Source: the human T2T-CHM13v2.0 reference genome, Homo sapiens
Direction: 5' to 3' (one strand)
NCBI RefSeq assembly: GCF_009914755.1
Contig: NC_060947.1
Length of the DNA stretch: 64,000 bases
Positions 1 through 16,811 of this stretch are shown here, piece by piece. The first letter of the stretch is position 1, and each line of letters starts with the position of its first letter. A program made the position numbers and the translations under genes. A model generated the notes under the pieces. It was not told where the DNA came from, searched no databases, and saw nothing but the letters and a program-made list of their open reading frames with translations.

Positions 1-712
1 GCCCTCTGCCATGGTCACTGCCAAGGTCCTTGCCCTGGCTTTCCCCAAGCTTGAAGGGAACAATAAGCCTGAGTTAGCCCCAGGGCTTCAGTGTGCAGCC
101 TAGGAGTGCCAGGCTGAGATCTGTGGCCAGCACTTGAGTATGAGAGGAGCTCACATTCTCAGGGCAAAGAGAGAGAACATGAGTGGAAACACAAGAAAAC
201 GCTGAGGAGCCATGTGGCTAAGAGCCCAACTACAAGCCATTATCCTTCCGCGCCATCTACTGGGTTGCGGCCCAAGCTTCAACACCAAAAATACTTTGCT
301 AATATACCCTCCTGTGAAGACAAGGAGAAAAATTCAGCCACAAATAAAGATCATGTACAAAGCATCGCCCCTCTGAAAACATCCACAAATGAAGCCAACT
401 GATTATACTCAAATTACACCAGAATTAAAGGAACATTAGCCCGCACAGATGAGAAATAACCAGTGCAAGAACACTGGCAACCCTAAAAGCTAAAGTGTCT
501 CCTTATCTCCAAATGACCACATTGACTCCCAGCAATGCTTCTTAACCAGAATGAAATGGCTGAAATCACAGACATAGAATTCAGAATCTACATGGCAATG
601 AAGACCATCAAGATTCAGGAGAAAGTTGAAGTCCCTTCCAAGGAATCTAATGAATTCGGTAAAATGATTCAAGAGATGAAAGATGAAATAGCCATTTTTA
701 AGAAAGAGCCAA
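1..712 (+). mobile_element. Old LINE-1 (L1PA15/16-like host), 5' UTR and start of ORF1; part 1 of 3
   Basis: ORF 535-738 is L1 ORF1-like (QNEMAEITDIEFRIY...KMIQEMKDEIAIFKK) and continues after the second TSD copy at 7275; runs off the window start. Confidence 0.75.
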
Positions 713-1616
713 GGGGAGGAGACAAGATGGCCGAATAGGAACAGCTCCAGTCTACAGCTCCCAGCGTGAGCGACGCAGAAGACGGGTGATTTCTGCATTT
801 CCATCTGAGGTACCAGGTTCATCTCACTAGGGAGTGTCAGACAGTGGGCGCAGGTCAGTGGCTGCGCGCACCGTGCGCGAGCCGAAGCAGGGCGAGGCAT
901 TGCCTCACTCGGGAAGCGCAAGGGGTCAGGGAGTTCCCTTTCCTAGTCAAAGAAAGGGGTGACAGACAGCACCTGGAAAATCGGGTCACTCCCACCTGAA
1001 TACTGCGCTTTTCCGACGGGCTTAAAAAACGGCGCACCAAGAGATTGTAACCCGCACCTGGCTCGGAGGGTCCTACGCCCACGGAGTCTCGCTGATTGCT
1101 AGCACAGCAGTCTGAGATCAAACTGCAAGGCGGCAGCCAGGCTGGGGGAGGGGCGCCTGCCATTGCCCAGGCTTGCTTAGGTAAACAAAGCAGCCAGGAA
1201 GCTCGAACTGGGTGGAGCCCACCACAGCTCAAGGAGGCCTGCCTGCCTGCCTCTGTAGGCTCCACCTCTGGGGGCAGGGCACAGACAAACAAAAAGACAG
1301 CAGTAACCTCTGCAGACTTAAATGTCGCTGTTTGACAGCTTTGAAGAGAGCAGTGGTTCTCCCAGCACACAGCTGCAGATCTGAGGACCGGCAGACTGCC
1401 TCCTCAAGTGGGACACTGAACCCTGACCCCCAAGCAGCCTAACTGGGAGGCACCTCGCAGCAGGGGCAGACTGACACCTCACACGGCCGGGTACTCCAAC
1501 AGACCTGCAGCTGAGGGTCCTGTCTGTTAGAAGGAAAACTAACAAACAGAAAGGACATCCACACCAAAAACACATCTGTACATCACCATCATCAAAGACC
1601 AGACAAAACCACAAAG
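713..1616 (+). promoter_or_regulatory. L1 5'UTR with internal sense and antisense promoters
   Basis: CpG-rich first ~450 bp; YY1 motif AAGATGGCCG near 724-733; promoter function is established for L1PA 5'UTRs but activity here is untested. Confidence 0.7.
855..1163 (-). CDS. L1 antisense ORF0-like reading frame (102 aa, C-terminally extended)
   Basis: ATG at 1163-1161; MAGAPPPAWLPPCSLISDCCASNQRDSVGVGPSEPG... matches the primate L1 ORF0 N-terminus; open to the stop at 855. Confidence 0.55.
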   Translation of the reverse strand: MAGAPPPAWLPPCSLISDCCASNQRDSVGVGPSEPGAGYNLLVRRFLSPSEKRSIQVGVTRFSRCCLSPLSLTRKGNSLTPCASRVRQCLALLRLAHGARSH

Positions 1617-2628
1617 ATGGGGAACAAACAGAGCAGAAAAACTGGAAACTCTAAAAAGCAGAGCACCTCTCCTCCTCCAAAGGAACACAGTTCCTCACCA
1701 GCAACGGAACAAAGCTGGACGGAGAATGACTTTGACGAGCTGTGAGAAGAAAGCTTCAGATGATCAAATTACTCTGAGCTACGGGAGGAAATTCAAAGGC
1801 AAAGAAGTTGAAAACTTTGAAAAAAGTTTAGAAGAATGTATAACTAGAATAACCAATACAGAGAAGTGCTTAAAGGAGCTGATGGAGCTGAAAGCCAAGG
1901 CTCGAGAACTACGTGAAGAATGCAGAAGCCTCAGGAGCCGATGCGATCAACTGGAAGAAAGGGTAACAGTGATGGAAGATGAAGTGAATGAAATGAAGTG
2001 AGAAGGGAAGTTTAGAGAAAAAAGAATAAAAAGAAACGAGCAAAGCCTCCAAGAAATATGGGACTATGTGAAAAAACCAAATCTGCGTCTGATTGGTGTA
2101 CCTGAAAGTGACGGGGAGAATGGAACCAAGTTGGAAAACACTCTGCAGGATATTATCCAGGAGAACTTCCCCAGTCTAGCAAGGCAGGCCAACATTCAGA
2201 TTCAGGAAATACAGAGAACACCACAAAGATACTCCTCGAGAAGAGCAACTCCAAGACATATAATTGTCAGATTCACCAAAGTTGAAATGAAGGAAAAAAT
2301 GTTAAGGGCAGCCAGAGAGAAAGGTCGGGTTACCCACAAAGGGAAGCCAGTCAGACTAACAGCGGATCTCTCGGCAGAAACTCTACAAGCCAGAAGAGAG
2401 TGGGGGCCAATATTCAACATTCTTAAAGAAAAGAATTTTCAACCCAGAATTTCATATCCAGCCAAACTAAGCTTCATAAGTGAAGGAGAAATAAAATACT
2501 TTACAGACAAGCAAATGCTGAGAGATTTTGTCACCACCAGGCCTGCCCTAAAAGAGCTCCTGAAGGAAGTGCTAAACATGGAAAGGAACAACCAGTACCA
2601 GCTGCTGCAAAATCATGCCAAAATGTAA
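1617..2628 (+). pseudogene. L1 ORF1p (RNA-binding protein), disrupted
   Basis: ATG at 1617, TAA at 2626-2628; frameshifts near 1740-1800 and TGA at 1999-2001; C-terminal part open (RATPRHIIVRF, ARREW, YPAKLS motifs). Confidence 0.93.
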
Positions 2629-2691
2629 AGACCATCGAGACTAGGAAGAAACTGCATCAACTAACGAGCAAAATAACCAGCTAACGTCATA

Positions 2692-6514
<3,823 letters not shown>

Positions 6515-6756
6515 ACAATGAGAACACATGGACACAGGGAGGGGAACATCACACTCTGGAGACTGTTGTGGGGTGTGGGGAGGGGGGAGGGATAGCATTG
6601 GGAGATATACCTAATGCTAGATGACGAGTTAGTGGGTGCAGCGCACCAGCACGGCACATGTATGCATATGTAACTAACCTGCACATTGTGCACATGTACC
6701 CTAAAACTTAAAGTATAAGAATAATAAATTTAAAATAAATAAATAAATAAAATAAA

Positions 6757-7261
6757 GTAGGAACTGAATGATGGGAACACATGGATAAATGTGGGGGAAA
6801 AACACACATTGGGGCTTGTCAAGGAGGGTATTGGGGGAGGGAGAGCATCAGGAAGAATAGCTAATGGACCCTGGGCTTAATACCTGTGTGATGGGGTGAT
6901 CTGTGCAGCAAACCACCATGGCACACGTTTACCTATGTAACAAACCTACGCATCCTGCATATGTTCCCCTAAATTTAAAAGTTGAAGGGGGATAAAAAGA
7001 ACAAAAAAGATGGCCTAAAGGTGGTTGTCTAAACAAGAATTTTATTCATTATCATGGGCAAATAGGAGAATTATTATTATGAGTATAATGTATCTTTAGT
7101 GGAAGGCTCAAAGCAGCAACTAAAAAAACGACTGGGCTTTTCCAAGAATATTTATGTATATGGCAGTATTTCCCAACTATAATTCTGGTTTAATAGATGT
7201 TTTATTAAAAAAAAATCTGGGTGGGCAGGAGCTCCAAAAAAAAAAAAAAAAAAAAAAAAAA
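6757..7261 (+). other. L1-mediated 3' transduction: older L1PA12-14-like 3' end, ~230 bp unique DNA and a second poly(A)
   Basis: Lies between the L1 tail and the second TSD copy; ATTAAA at 7204-7209; pure A-run 7236-7263. Confidence 0.88.
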
Positions 7262-7274
7262 AAGAAAGAGCCAA

Positions 7275-8012
7275 TCTGAACTGATAGAGTTGAAACACTC
7301 ACTTCACGAATTTTATAACAAACACAATCAGAAGTATTAACAGCAGAATAGACCAAGCTGAGGAAAGAATTTCAAAGCTTGAAGACAGGTTCTTCAAATT
7401 AACTGAGTCAGACAAAAATAAAGAAAAATGATTAAAGAAGAATGAATAAAACCTCCAAGAAATATGAGATTAGGTAAAGTAACCAAATCTACAACTAATT
7501 TGTGTCCCTGAAAGAGAGGGAGAGAAAGCAAGCAACTTGGAAAACACATTTGAGGATATTTTCCACATAAGTTTCCCCAACCACAATAAAGAGGTCAACA
7601 TTCAAACCCAGGAAATTCAGAGAACCCCTTCATGATACAATACAAGATGACCATCCCCAAGATACATAGTCATCAGATTCTTCAAGATCAATGTGAAAGA
7701 AAAAAATTAAAGGCAGCTAGAGAGAAGTGACAGGTCACCTACAAAGGGAATCCCATCAGGCTAACAGTAGACCTTTCAGCGGAAACCCTACAAGCCAGAA
7801 AACTGGGGGGCCTATATTCAGAATCCTGAAAGAAGAGAAGTTCCATCCAATAATTTTATATCTAGCCAAACTAAGCTTCATAAGTGAAGGAGAAACAAAA
7901 TCCTTTTCAGACAAGCAAATACTAAGAGAATTTATTACCACCAGAACTGTCTTATAGGAGGTCCTTAAGGGAATGCTAAACATGAAAATTAAATACCATT
8001 ACTGACCACCAT
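7275..8012 (+). mobile_element. Old L1PA15/16-like host, rest of ORF1; part 2 of 3
   Basis: Decayed ORF1 (...LAKLSFISEGETKSFSDKQILREFITTR) resuming right after the TSD. Confidence 0.8.
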
Positions 8013-9079
8013 AAAAACCCCATCCAAGGGTCAGCAGCCTCAAAGATTGATACTAGACAAACTCATGAATCTGAGAAAGAATGAACAACAACAACAACAA
8101 CAAAAACGCTTGAAAACCCAAAAGGCCAGAGTGCCTCTTCTCCTCCAAATGATCGTAATGCTTCTCCAGCAAGGATGCAGAACTGGATGGAGGATGAGAT
8201 GGATGAATTGACAGAAGTAGACTTCAGAAGGTGGGTAATAACAAACTGCGCTGAGCTAAAGGAGCATGTTCTAACCAAATGCAAAGAAGCTAAGAACCTT
8301 GATAAAAGGTTAGAGGAGCTACTTGGAGCTGAAAAACACAACACAAGAACTTCATGAAGCATACACAAGTATCAATAGCCAAATTGATGAAGCAGAAGAA
8401 AGGATATCAGAGTTTGAAGACCATCTTGCTGAAATAAGGCATGCAGAGAAGATTAGAGAAAAAAGAATGAAAAGGAATGAACAAACCTCCGAGAAATATG
8501 GGACTATGCAAAAAGACTGAACCTATAATTGTTTGGAGTCCCTGAGACAGGGAGAATGGAACCAAGTCAGAAAACACATTTCAGGATATTATCGCAGAGA
8601 ACTTCCCCAACTTAGCAAGACAGGTCAACATTCAAATTCAGGAAATACAGAGGATACCACTAAGATGCTCCATGAAAAGATCAACCCAAAGACACATAAT
8701 CATCAGATTCTCCGAGGTTGAAATGAAGGAAAAAATGTTAGGGGCAGCCAGAAAGAAAAACCAAGACACCTACAAAGGGAAGCCCATCAGACTAACAGTG
8801 GATCTCTCAGCAGAAAACCTAAAAGCCAGAAGAGAGTGGGGGGCAATATTCAATATGATTAAACAAAAGAGTTTTCAACCCACAATTTCATATCCAGCCA
8901 AACTAAAGCTTCATAAGTGAAGGAGAAATAAAATCCTTTCCAGACAGGCAAATGTTCAGGGATTTTGTCACCACCAGGCCTCCCTTACAAGAGCTCTTGA
9001 AGGAAGCACTAAATATAAAAAGGAAAAACTGGTACCAGCCACAGCAGAAACACGCCAAAATATAAAGACCAATGATACT

Positions 9080-10411
9080 TGTAAATTTGTTTAAGTTATT
9101 TGTAGATTCTGGATATTGGCCCTTTGTCAGATGAATAGATTGCAAAAATTTTCTCCCATCCTGTAGGTTGCCTGTTCACTCTGATGATAGTTTCTTTTTC
9201 TGTGCAGAAGCTCTTTAGTTTAAATAGATCCCATTTGTCTATTTTCACTTTTGTTGCATTGCTTTTGGTGTTTTAGTCATGAAGACTTGGCCCATGCATA
9301 TGTCCTGAATAGTATTGCCTAGGTTTTCTACTAGGGTTTTTATGGTTTTAGGTCTTATGTTTAAGTGTTTAATCCATCTTGAGTTAATTGTTGTATAAGG
9401 TGTAAGGAAGGGATCCAGTTTCAGCTTTTTGCATATGGCTAGCCAGTTTTCCCAAGACCATTTATTAAATAGGGAATCCTTCCCCCATTGCTTGTTTTTG
9501 TCAGGTTTGTCAAAGATCAGATGGCTGTAGATGTGTGTTGTTATTTCTGAGGCCTCTGTTCTGACCCCATCAAAAAGTGGGCAAAGGATATGAACAGACA
9601 CTTCTGAAAAGAAGACATTTATGCAGCCAACAAACATATGAAAAAATGCTCGTCATCACTGGTCATTAGAGAAATGCAAATCAAAACCACAATGAGATAG
9701 CATGTCACATCAGTTAGAGTGGTGATCATTAAAAAGTCAGGAAACAACAGATGCTGGAGAGGATGTGGAGAAATAGGAACGCTTTTACACTGTTGGTGGA
9801 AGTGTAAATTAGTTCAACCATTGTAGAAGACAGTGCGGCGATTCCTCAAGGATCTAGAACTAGAAATACCATTTGACCCAGCAATCCCATTACTGGGTAC
9901 ATACCCAAAGGATTACAAATCATTCTACTATAAAGACACATGCACATGTATGTTTATTGTGGCCCTGTTCACAATAGCAAAGACTTGGAACCAACCCAAA
10001 TGCCGCTCAATGACAGACTGGATAAAAAAATGTGACACATATACACCATGGAATACTATGAAGCCATAAAAAAATAAGTTCATGTCCTTTGCAGGGACAT
10101 GGATGAAGCTGGAAACCATCATTCTCAGCAAACTAACACAAGAACAGAAAACCAAACACCGCATGTTCTCACTCATAAGTGGGAGTTCAACAATGAGAAC
10201 ACATGGACACAGGGAGGGGAACATCACACACTGGGGCCTGTCGGGGGATAGGGGGCTAGGGGAGGGATAGCATTAGGAGAAATACCTCATGTAGATGACA
10301 GGTTGATGGGTGCAGCGAACCACCATGGCACATGTATACCTATGTAACAAACCTGCACATTCTGCACATGTATCCCAGAACTTAAAGTATAATAAAAAAG
10401 GAAAGAAAAAA
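9080..10411 (+). mobile_element. L1PA7-like 5'-inverted (twin-primed) truncated insertion
   Basis: Antisense ORF2 piece 9080-9563 followed by sense piece 9564-10411 with A tail; TSD AAAGACCAATGATACT (9064-9079) / AAAGGCCAATGACACT (10412-10427). Confidence 0.92.
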
Positions 10412-11547
10412 AAAGGCCAATGACACTATGAAGAAACTGCATCAACTAAAGTGCAAAATAACCAGATAGCATCATGATGACAGGATCAAATTCACACATA
10501 ACAATGTTAACCTTAAATGTAAATGGGTTAAATGTCCCAATTAGAAGACACAGACTGGCAATCTGGATAAAGACCCATCAGTGTGCTATAATCAGGAGAC
10601 CTATCTCATATGCAAAGACACACATAGGCTCAAAATAAAGGTATGGAGGAAAATTTACCAAGAAAATGGACAACAAAAAAAGAGGTGTTGCAATCGTAGT
10701 CTCTGACAAAACAGACTTTAAATCAACAAAGATCAAAAAGACAAAGAAGGGCATTACATAATGGTAAAGGGATCAATTCAACAAGAAGAGCTAACTGTCC
10801 TAAATATACATGCACTCAATATAGGAGCACCCGGATCCATAAAACAAGTTCTTAGAGACTACAAAGAGACTTCGACTCCCACACAATAAGAGTGGGAGAC
10901 ATTAACACTCCTTTGTCAATATTAGACAGATCAATGAGACAGAAAATTAATAAGGATATTCAGGATTGAACTCAGCTCTGGAGTAAGTGGAACTAATAGA
11001 CATCCACAGAACTCTCTAATCCAAATCAACAGAATATATATGCTTCTCAGTGCCACAAGGCACTTATTCTAAAATCAACCACATAATTGGAAGTAAAACA
11101 CTCCTCAACAAATGCAAAATATGTGAAATCATACCAAACAGCCTCTCAGACCACAGTGCAATCAAATTAGATCTCAGGATTAAGAAACTCACTTAAAACC
11201 ACACAACTACATGGAAATTTAACAACGTGCTCCTGAATGACTCCTGGGTACATAATGAAATCAAGGCAGAAATCAAGAAGTGTTTTGAAACCAATGAGAA
11301 CAAAGAGACAGTGTACCAGAATCTCTGGGACACAGCGAAAGCAGTGTTAAGAGGGAAATTTATAGCACTGAATGCCCACATCAGAAAGCTACAAAGATCT
11401 CAACTCGACACCCTAACATCAAATTAAAAGAGGTACAGAAGCAAGAGAAAACAAATCCAAAGCCTAGCAGAAGGCAAGAAATAATTAAGATCAGAGCAGA
11501 ACTGAAGGAGATAGAGACACAAAACACCTTCAAAGAATCAAGAATCC

Positions 11548-11841
<294 letters not shown>

Positions 11842-14802
11842 TTAACAAAATAGACCACTAGCTAGAATAACAAAGAATAAAAGAGAGAAGAATCAAATAG
11901 ACACAATAAAAAATGATAAAGGGGATGTCACCACTAACCCCACAGAAATACAAACTACCAAGAGAATATTATAAACACCTATATGCAAATAAACTAGAAA
12001 ATCTAGACGAAATGAATAAATTTCTGGACACATACACCCTCCCAAGACTATACCAGGAAGAAGTCAAATCCCTGAATAGATCAATAACAAGTTCTGAAAT
12101 TGAGGCAGTAATTAAAACCTACCAAGCAAAAAAAAAAAAAAAAAAAAAAAGCCCCAGACAAGATGGATTCATGGCTGAATTCTACCAGAGATATAAAGAG
12201 GAGCCAGTACTCCTCTGAAACTGTTCCAAACAACTAAAAAGGAAGGACTCCTCCCTAACTCATTTTAAGAGGTCAGCATCATCCTGATACCAAATTTAAA
12301 AAAAAAGGGACACAATTAAAAAAAAAAAAAAGAAGAAAACTTCAGACCAATATCCCTGATGAACATCAATGCAAAAATCCTCAATAAAATACTGGCAAAC
12401 CAAATCCAGCATCACATCAAAAAGCTTATCCACTACAATCAAGTTGGCTTCATCCCTGGGATGCAAGGCTGGTCAACATATACAAATCAAAAAACGTAAT
12501 CCATCACATAAACAGAACCAGTGACCAATACCGCATGATCATCTCAATAGATGCAGAAAAGGCCTTTGATAAAATTCAACATCCCTTCATTTTAAAAGCT
12601 CTCAATAATACAGGTATTGATGGGACATATAAGAGCTATTTATGACAAACCCATGGCCAATATAATACTGAATGGGCAAAAGCTGGAAGCATTCCCTTTG
12701 AAAACTGGCACAAGACAAGGATGCCCTCTCTCACCACTCCTATTCAACATATTATTGGAAGTTCTGGCCAGGGCAATCAGGCAAGGGAAAGAAATAAGGC
12801 GTATTCAAATAGAAGGGGAGAAAGTCAAATTGTCTCTGTTTTCAGACAACATGACTCCATATTTAGAAAACCCCATCATCTCAGGCCAAAAGCTCCTTAA
12901 GTTGATAAGCAACTTCAGCAAGGTCTCAGGATACAAAATCAATGTGCAAAACTTACAAGCATTCCTATACACCAACAATAGACAAACAGAGAGCCAAATT
13001 ATGAATCAACTCCCATTCACAATTGTTACAAAGAGAATAAAATACCTAGGAATACAGCTAACAAGGGATATGAAGGACCTCTTCAAGGAGAACTAGAAAC
13101 CACTGCTCATGGAAATAAAAGAGGACACAAACAAATGGAAAAGCATTCCATCCTCATGCATAGGAAGAATCAATATCGTGAAAATGGCCATACTGCTGAA
13201 AGTAATTTATAGATTCAGTGCTATTCCCATCAAACTACCATTGACTTTCTTCACAGAATTAGAAAAAAATACTTTAAATTGGAGCCAGAAAAGAGCCTGT
13301 ATGGCCAAGACAATCCTAAGCAGATAGAACAAAGCTAGAGGTATCACACTACCTGACTTCAGACTATACCTCAAGGCTACAATAACCAAAACAGCATGGT
13401 ACTGGTACCAAAACAGACATATAGACCAAGGGAACAGAACAGAGACCTCAGAAATAACACCACACATCTACAACCATCGGCTCTTCGACAAATCAGACAA
13501 AAACAAGCAATGGGGAAAGGATTTCCTATTTAATAAAGGGTGCTGGGAAAACTGGCTAGCCATGTGCAGAAAACTGAAACTGGATCTCTTCCTTACACAT
13601 TATAGAAAAATTAACTCAAGATAGATTAAAGACTTAAATGTAAAACCCAAACCCACAAACACCCTAGAAGAAAACCTAGGCAATACCATTCAGGACACAG
13701 GCATGAGCAAGGACTTCATGATGAAAATGCCAAAAGCAATTGCAACAAAAGCCAAAATTGACAAATGGGATCTAATTATACTAAAGAGTTTCTGCACAGC
13801 AAAAGAAACTTTCATCAGAGTAAACAGGCAACCTACAGAATGGGAGAAAATTTTTGCAATCTATCCATCTGACAAAGGTCTAATGTCCAGAATCTACAAT
13901 GAACTTAAACAAATTTACAAGGAAAAAACAATCAAAAAATGGGCAAAGGATATGAACAGATACTTCTCAAAAGAAGACATTTATGCAGCCAGCACACACG
14001 AAAAAAAGCTCAACATCACTGATCATTAGAGAAATGCATATCAAAACCACAATGAGAAACCATGTCATGCCCATCAGAATGGCAATTATTAAAAAGTCAA
14101 GAAACAATAGATGCTTAGGAGGCTGTGGAGAAATAGAAATGCTCTTACACTGTTGGCAGGAATGTAAATAGTTCAACCATTGTGGAAGACAGGGTGGTGA
14201 TTCCTCAAGGATCTAGAACCAGAAATACCATTTTACCCAGCAACCCCATTACTGGGTATATACCCAAAGGAATATAAATCATTCTACTTTGAAGACACAT
14301 GCACACAAATGTTTACTGCAGCACTACTTACAATAGCAAAGACATGGTACCAACCCAAATGCCCATCAATGATAGACTGGATAAAGAAAATGTGGTACAT
14401 ATAAACCATGGAATACGATGCAGCCATAAAAAGGAATGAGATCATGTCCTTTGCAGGAACATGGATGAAGCTGGAAGCAATTATCCTCAGCAAACTAACA
14501 CAAGAACAGAAAACCAAAAACCACATGTTCTCACTCATAAGTGGGAGTTGAACAATGAGAACACATGGACAGAGCAAGGGGAACAACACACACTGGGGCC
14601 AGACAGGGCGTGAGGTGTAAGGGGAGGGAGAGCATTAGAACAAAGAGCTAATACATGCAGTGCTTAAAACCTAGATGACAGGTTCATAGGTGCAGGAAAC
14701 CACCACGGTGCAAGTATACCTATGTAACAAACCTACACATTCTGTACTTGTATCCCAGAACTTAAAGTAAAATTTAAAAAAATAAAATAAGAAATAAAAA
14801 AT

Positions 14803-16811
14803 AATAAAGGGTATTCAAATAGGAAGAGAGGAAGTCAAACTATCCCTGTTTGCAGATGACATGAATCTTTACTTAGAAAACCCCAGAGTCTCTGTCTAAA
14901 ACTCCTTGATTTGGTAACCACTTCAGCAAAGTTTCAGGATACAAAAGTCAATGTACAAAAATTAGTAGCATTCCTATACACCAACAACGTCCAAGCTTGG
15001 AACCAAATCAAGAACACAATTCCATTCACAATAGCCACAAAAAGAATAAAATACCTAGGAATACAGCTAACCAGGAAAGTGAAATATCTCTACAACGAGA
15101 ATTATAAAATGCTGCTCAAAGAAATCAGAGATAACACAAATGGAAAAACAGACCATTTTCATGAATAAAAAGAATTAATATTGTTAAAATGGCCATACTG
15201 CCCAAAGTAATTTACAGATTTGATGCTGTTCCTATTAAACTACTACTGACATTCTTCTCAGAACAAGAAATAACTATTTTAAAATTAATATGGAACCAAA
15301 AATGGGTCCAAATAGCCAAGGCAATCCTAAGCAAAAAGAACAAGGCTAGAGGCATCCCATCACCTGACTTCAAACTATGCTACAAAGCTACAGTAACCCA
15401 AACAGCACAGTACTGGTGCAAAAATAGACACATAAACCAATGGAACAAGTTAGCAAACCCCAAAATAAAGCTATACGCCCAGAACTATCTGATCTCTGAC
15501 ATGGCTGACAATAACAAGCAATGGGAAAATGACTCTCTATTCAATAAATGGTTCTGGGATAACTGGCTAGTCATATGGAGATGACTGAAAATGGACTCCT
15601 TCCTTACACCATGTACAACAATCAATTCAAGATGGAATACTTAAATGTAAAACCTAAAACTATAAAACCTTGAAAGAAAACCTAGGAAATACCATTGTGA
15701 ACATAAGACCTGACAAAGATTTCATGACAAACATGCCAAAAAACAATTCCAAAAAAAAAAAAAAACCAAAAACCAAAATTGACAAATGAGACCTAATTAA
15801 ACTAAAGAGCTTCTACAAAGCAAAAGAAACTATCAACTGAGTAAAGAGACAACCTACAGAATGAGAGAAAATATTTGCAAGCTATGGATCCACAAAGGTG
15901 TAATATTTAGGGTCCACAAGGAACTTAGAAAAATCAACAAGCAAAAAAACCAACAGCCCCATTAAGAAATGGGCAATGGACATAAACAGACACTTCTCAA
16001 AATAAGACCTCCATGTGGCCAACAAACATATGGAAAGATGCTCAATATCACTAATCGTTAGGGAAATGCAAATCAAAACTGCAATGCAATACCATATCAC
16101 ACCAGTCAGAATTATTATTATTAAATTAAAAAGTCAAGAAACAATAAATATTGGTGAGACTGTGGAGAAAAAGGAACACTTATATACTGTTAGTGGGAAT
16201 GTAAATGAGTCCAGACACTGTGGAAAGCAGTTTGAGGATTTCCCAAAGAACTGAAAATAGAACTACCATTCAACCCAGCAATCTCATTACTGGGTATATA
16301 CCCAAAGGTATACAAATCATTCTACCATAAAGACACGTGTACGCATATGTTCATCACAGTGCTATTCACAATAGTAAAGACATACAATCAACCTAGATCT
16401 CCATCCATGGCATACTACATAAAGAAAATGTGTTACACAATTCACAGCCATAAAAAAGAAAGAAATCATGGCCCTTGCAGCAACATGGATGGCGCTGGAG
16501 GCCATCATCCTATGCTAACTAATGCAGGAACAGAAAACCAAATATTGCATGTTCTCACTTATAAATGAGAACCAAACTTGGAGTACACATGGACACAAAA
16601 AGGGAACAATAGACATCAGGGCCCACCTGAGGGTGGAGGGTAGGAAGAGGGTGAAGATTGAAAAACTACCTGTTGAGTATTATGCTGATTACATAGGTGA
16701 CAAAATTATCTGTAAACCAAACCCTCATGACACATGATTCACCCATGTAACAAACCTGCACATGTACCACTTAAACCTAAAATACAAGTTGAAATGAAAA
16801 AAAAAAAAAAA
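14803..16811 (+). mobile_element. Old L1PA15/16-like host, RT to 3' end; part 3 of 3
   Basis: Resumes just before FADDM; 3'UTR GAGGGTGGAGGGTAGGAAGAGGGTGAAGATTGAAAAACTACC typical of L1PA15-17; A tail ~16797-16811. Confidence 0.85.

Noticed and set aside
6570-6602. G-quadruplex-like G-runs
   Set aside because: Standard polypurine tract of the L1PA 3'UTR, not locus-specific
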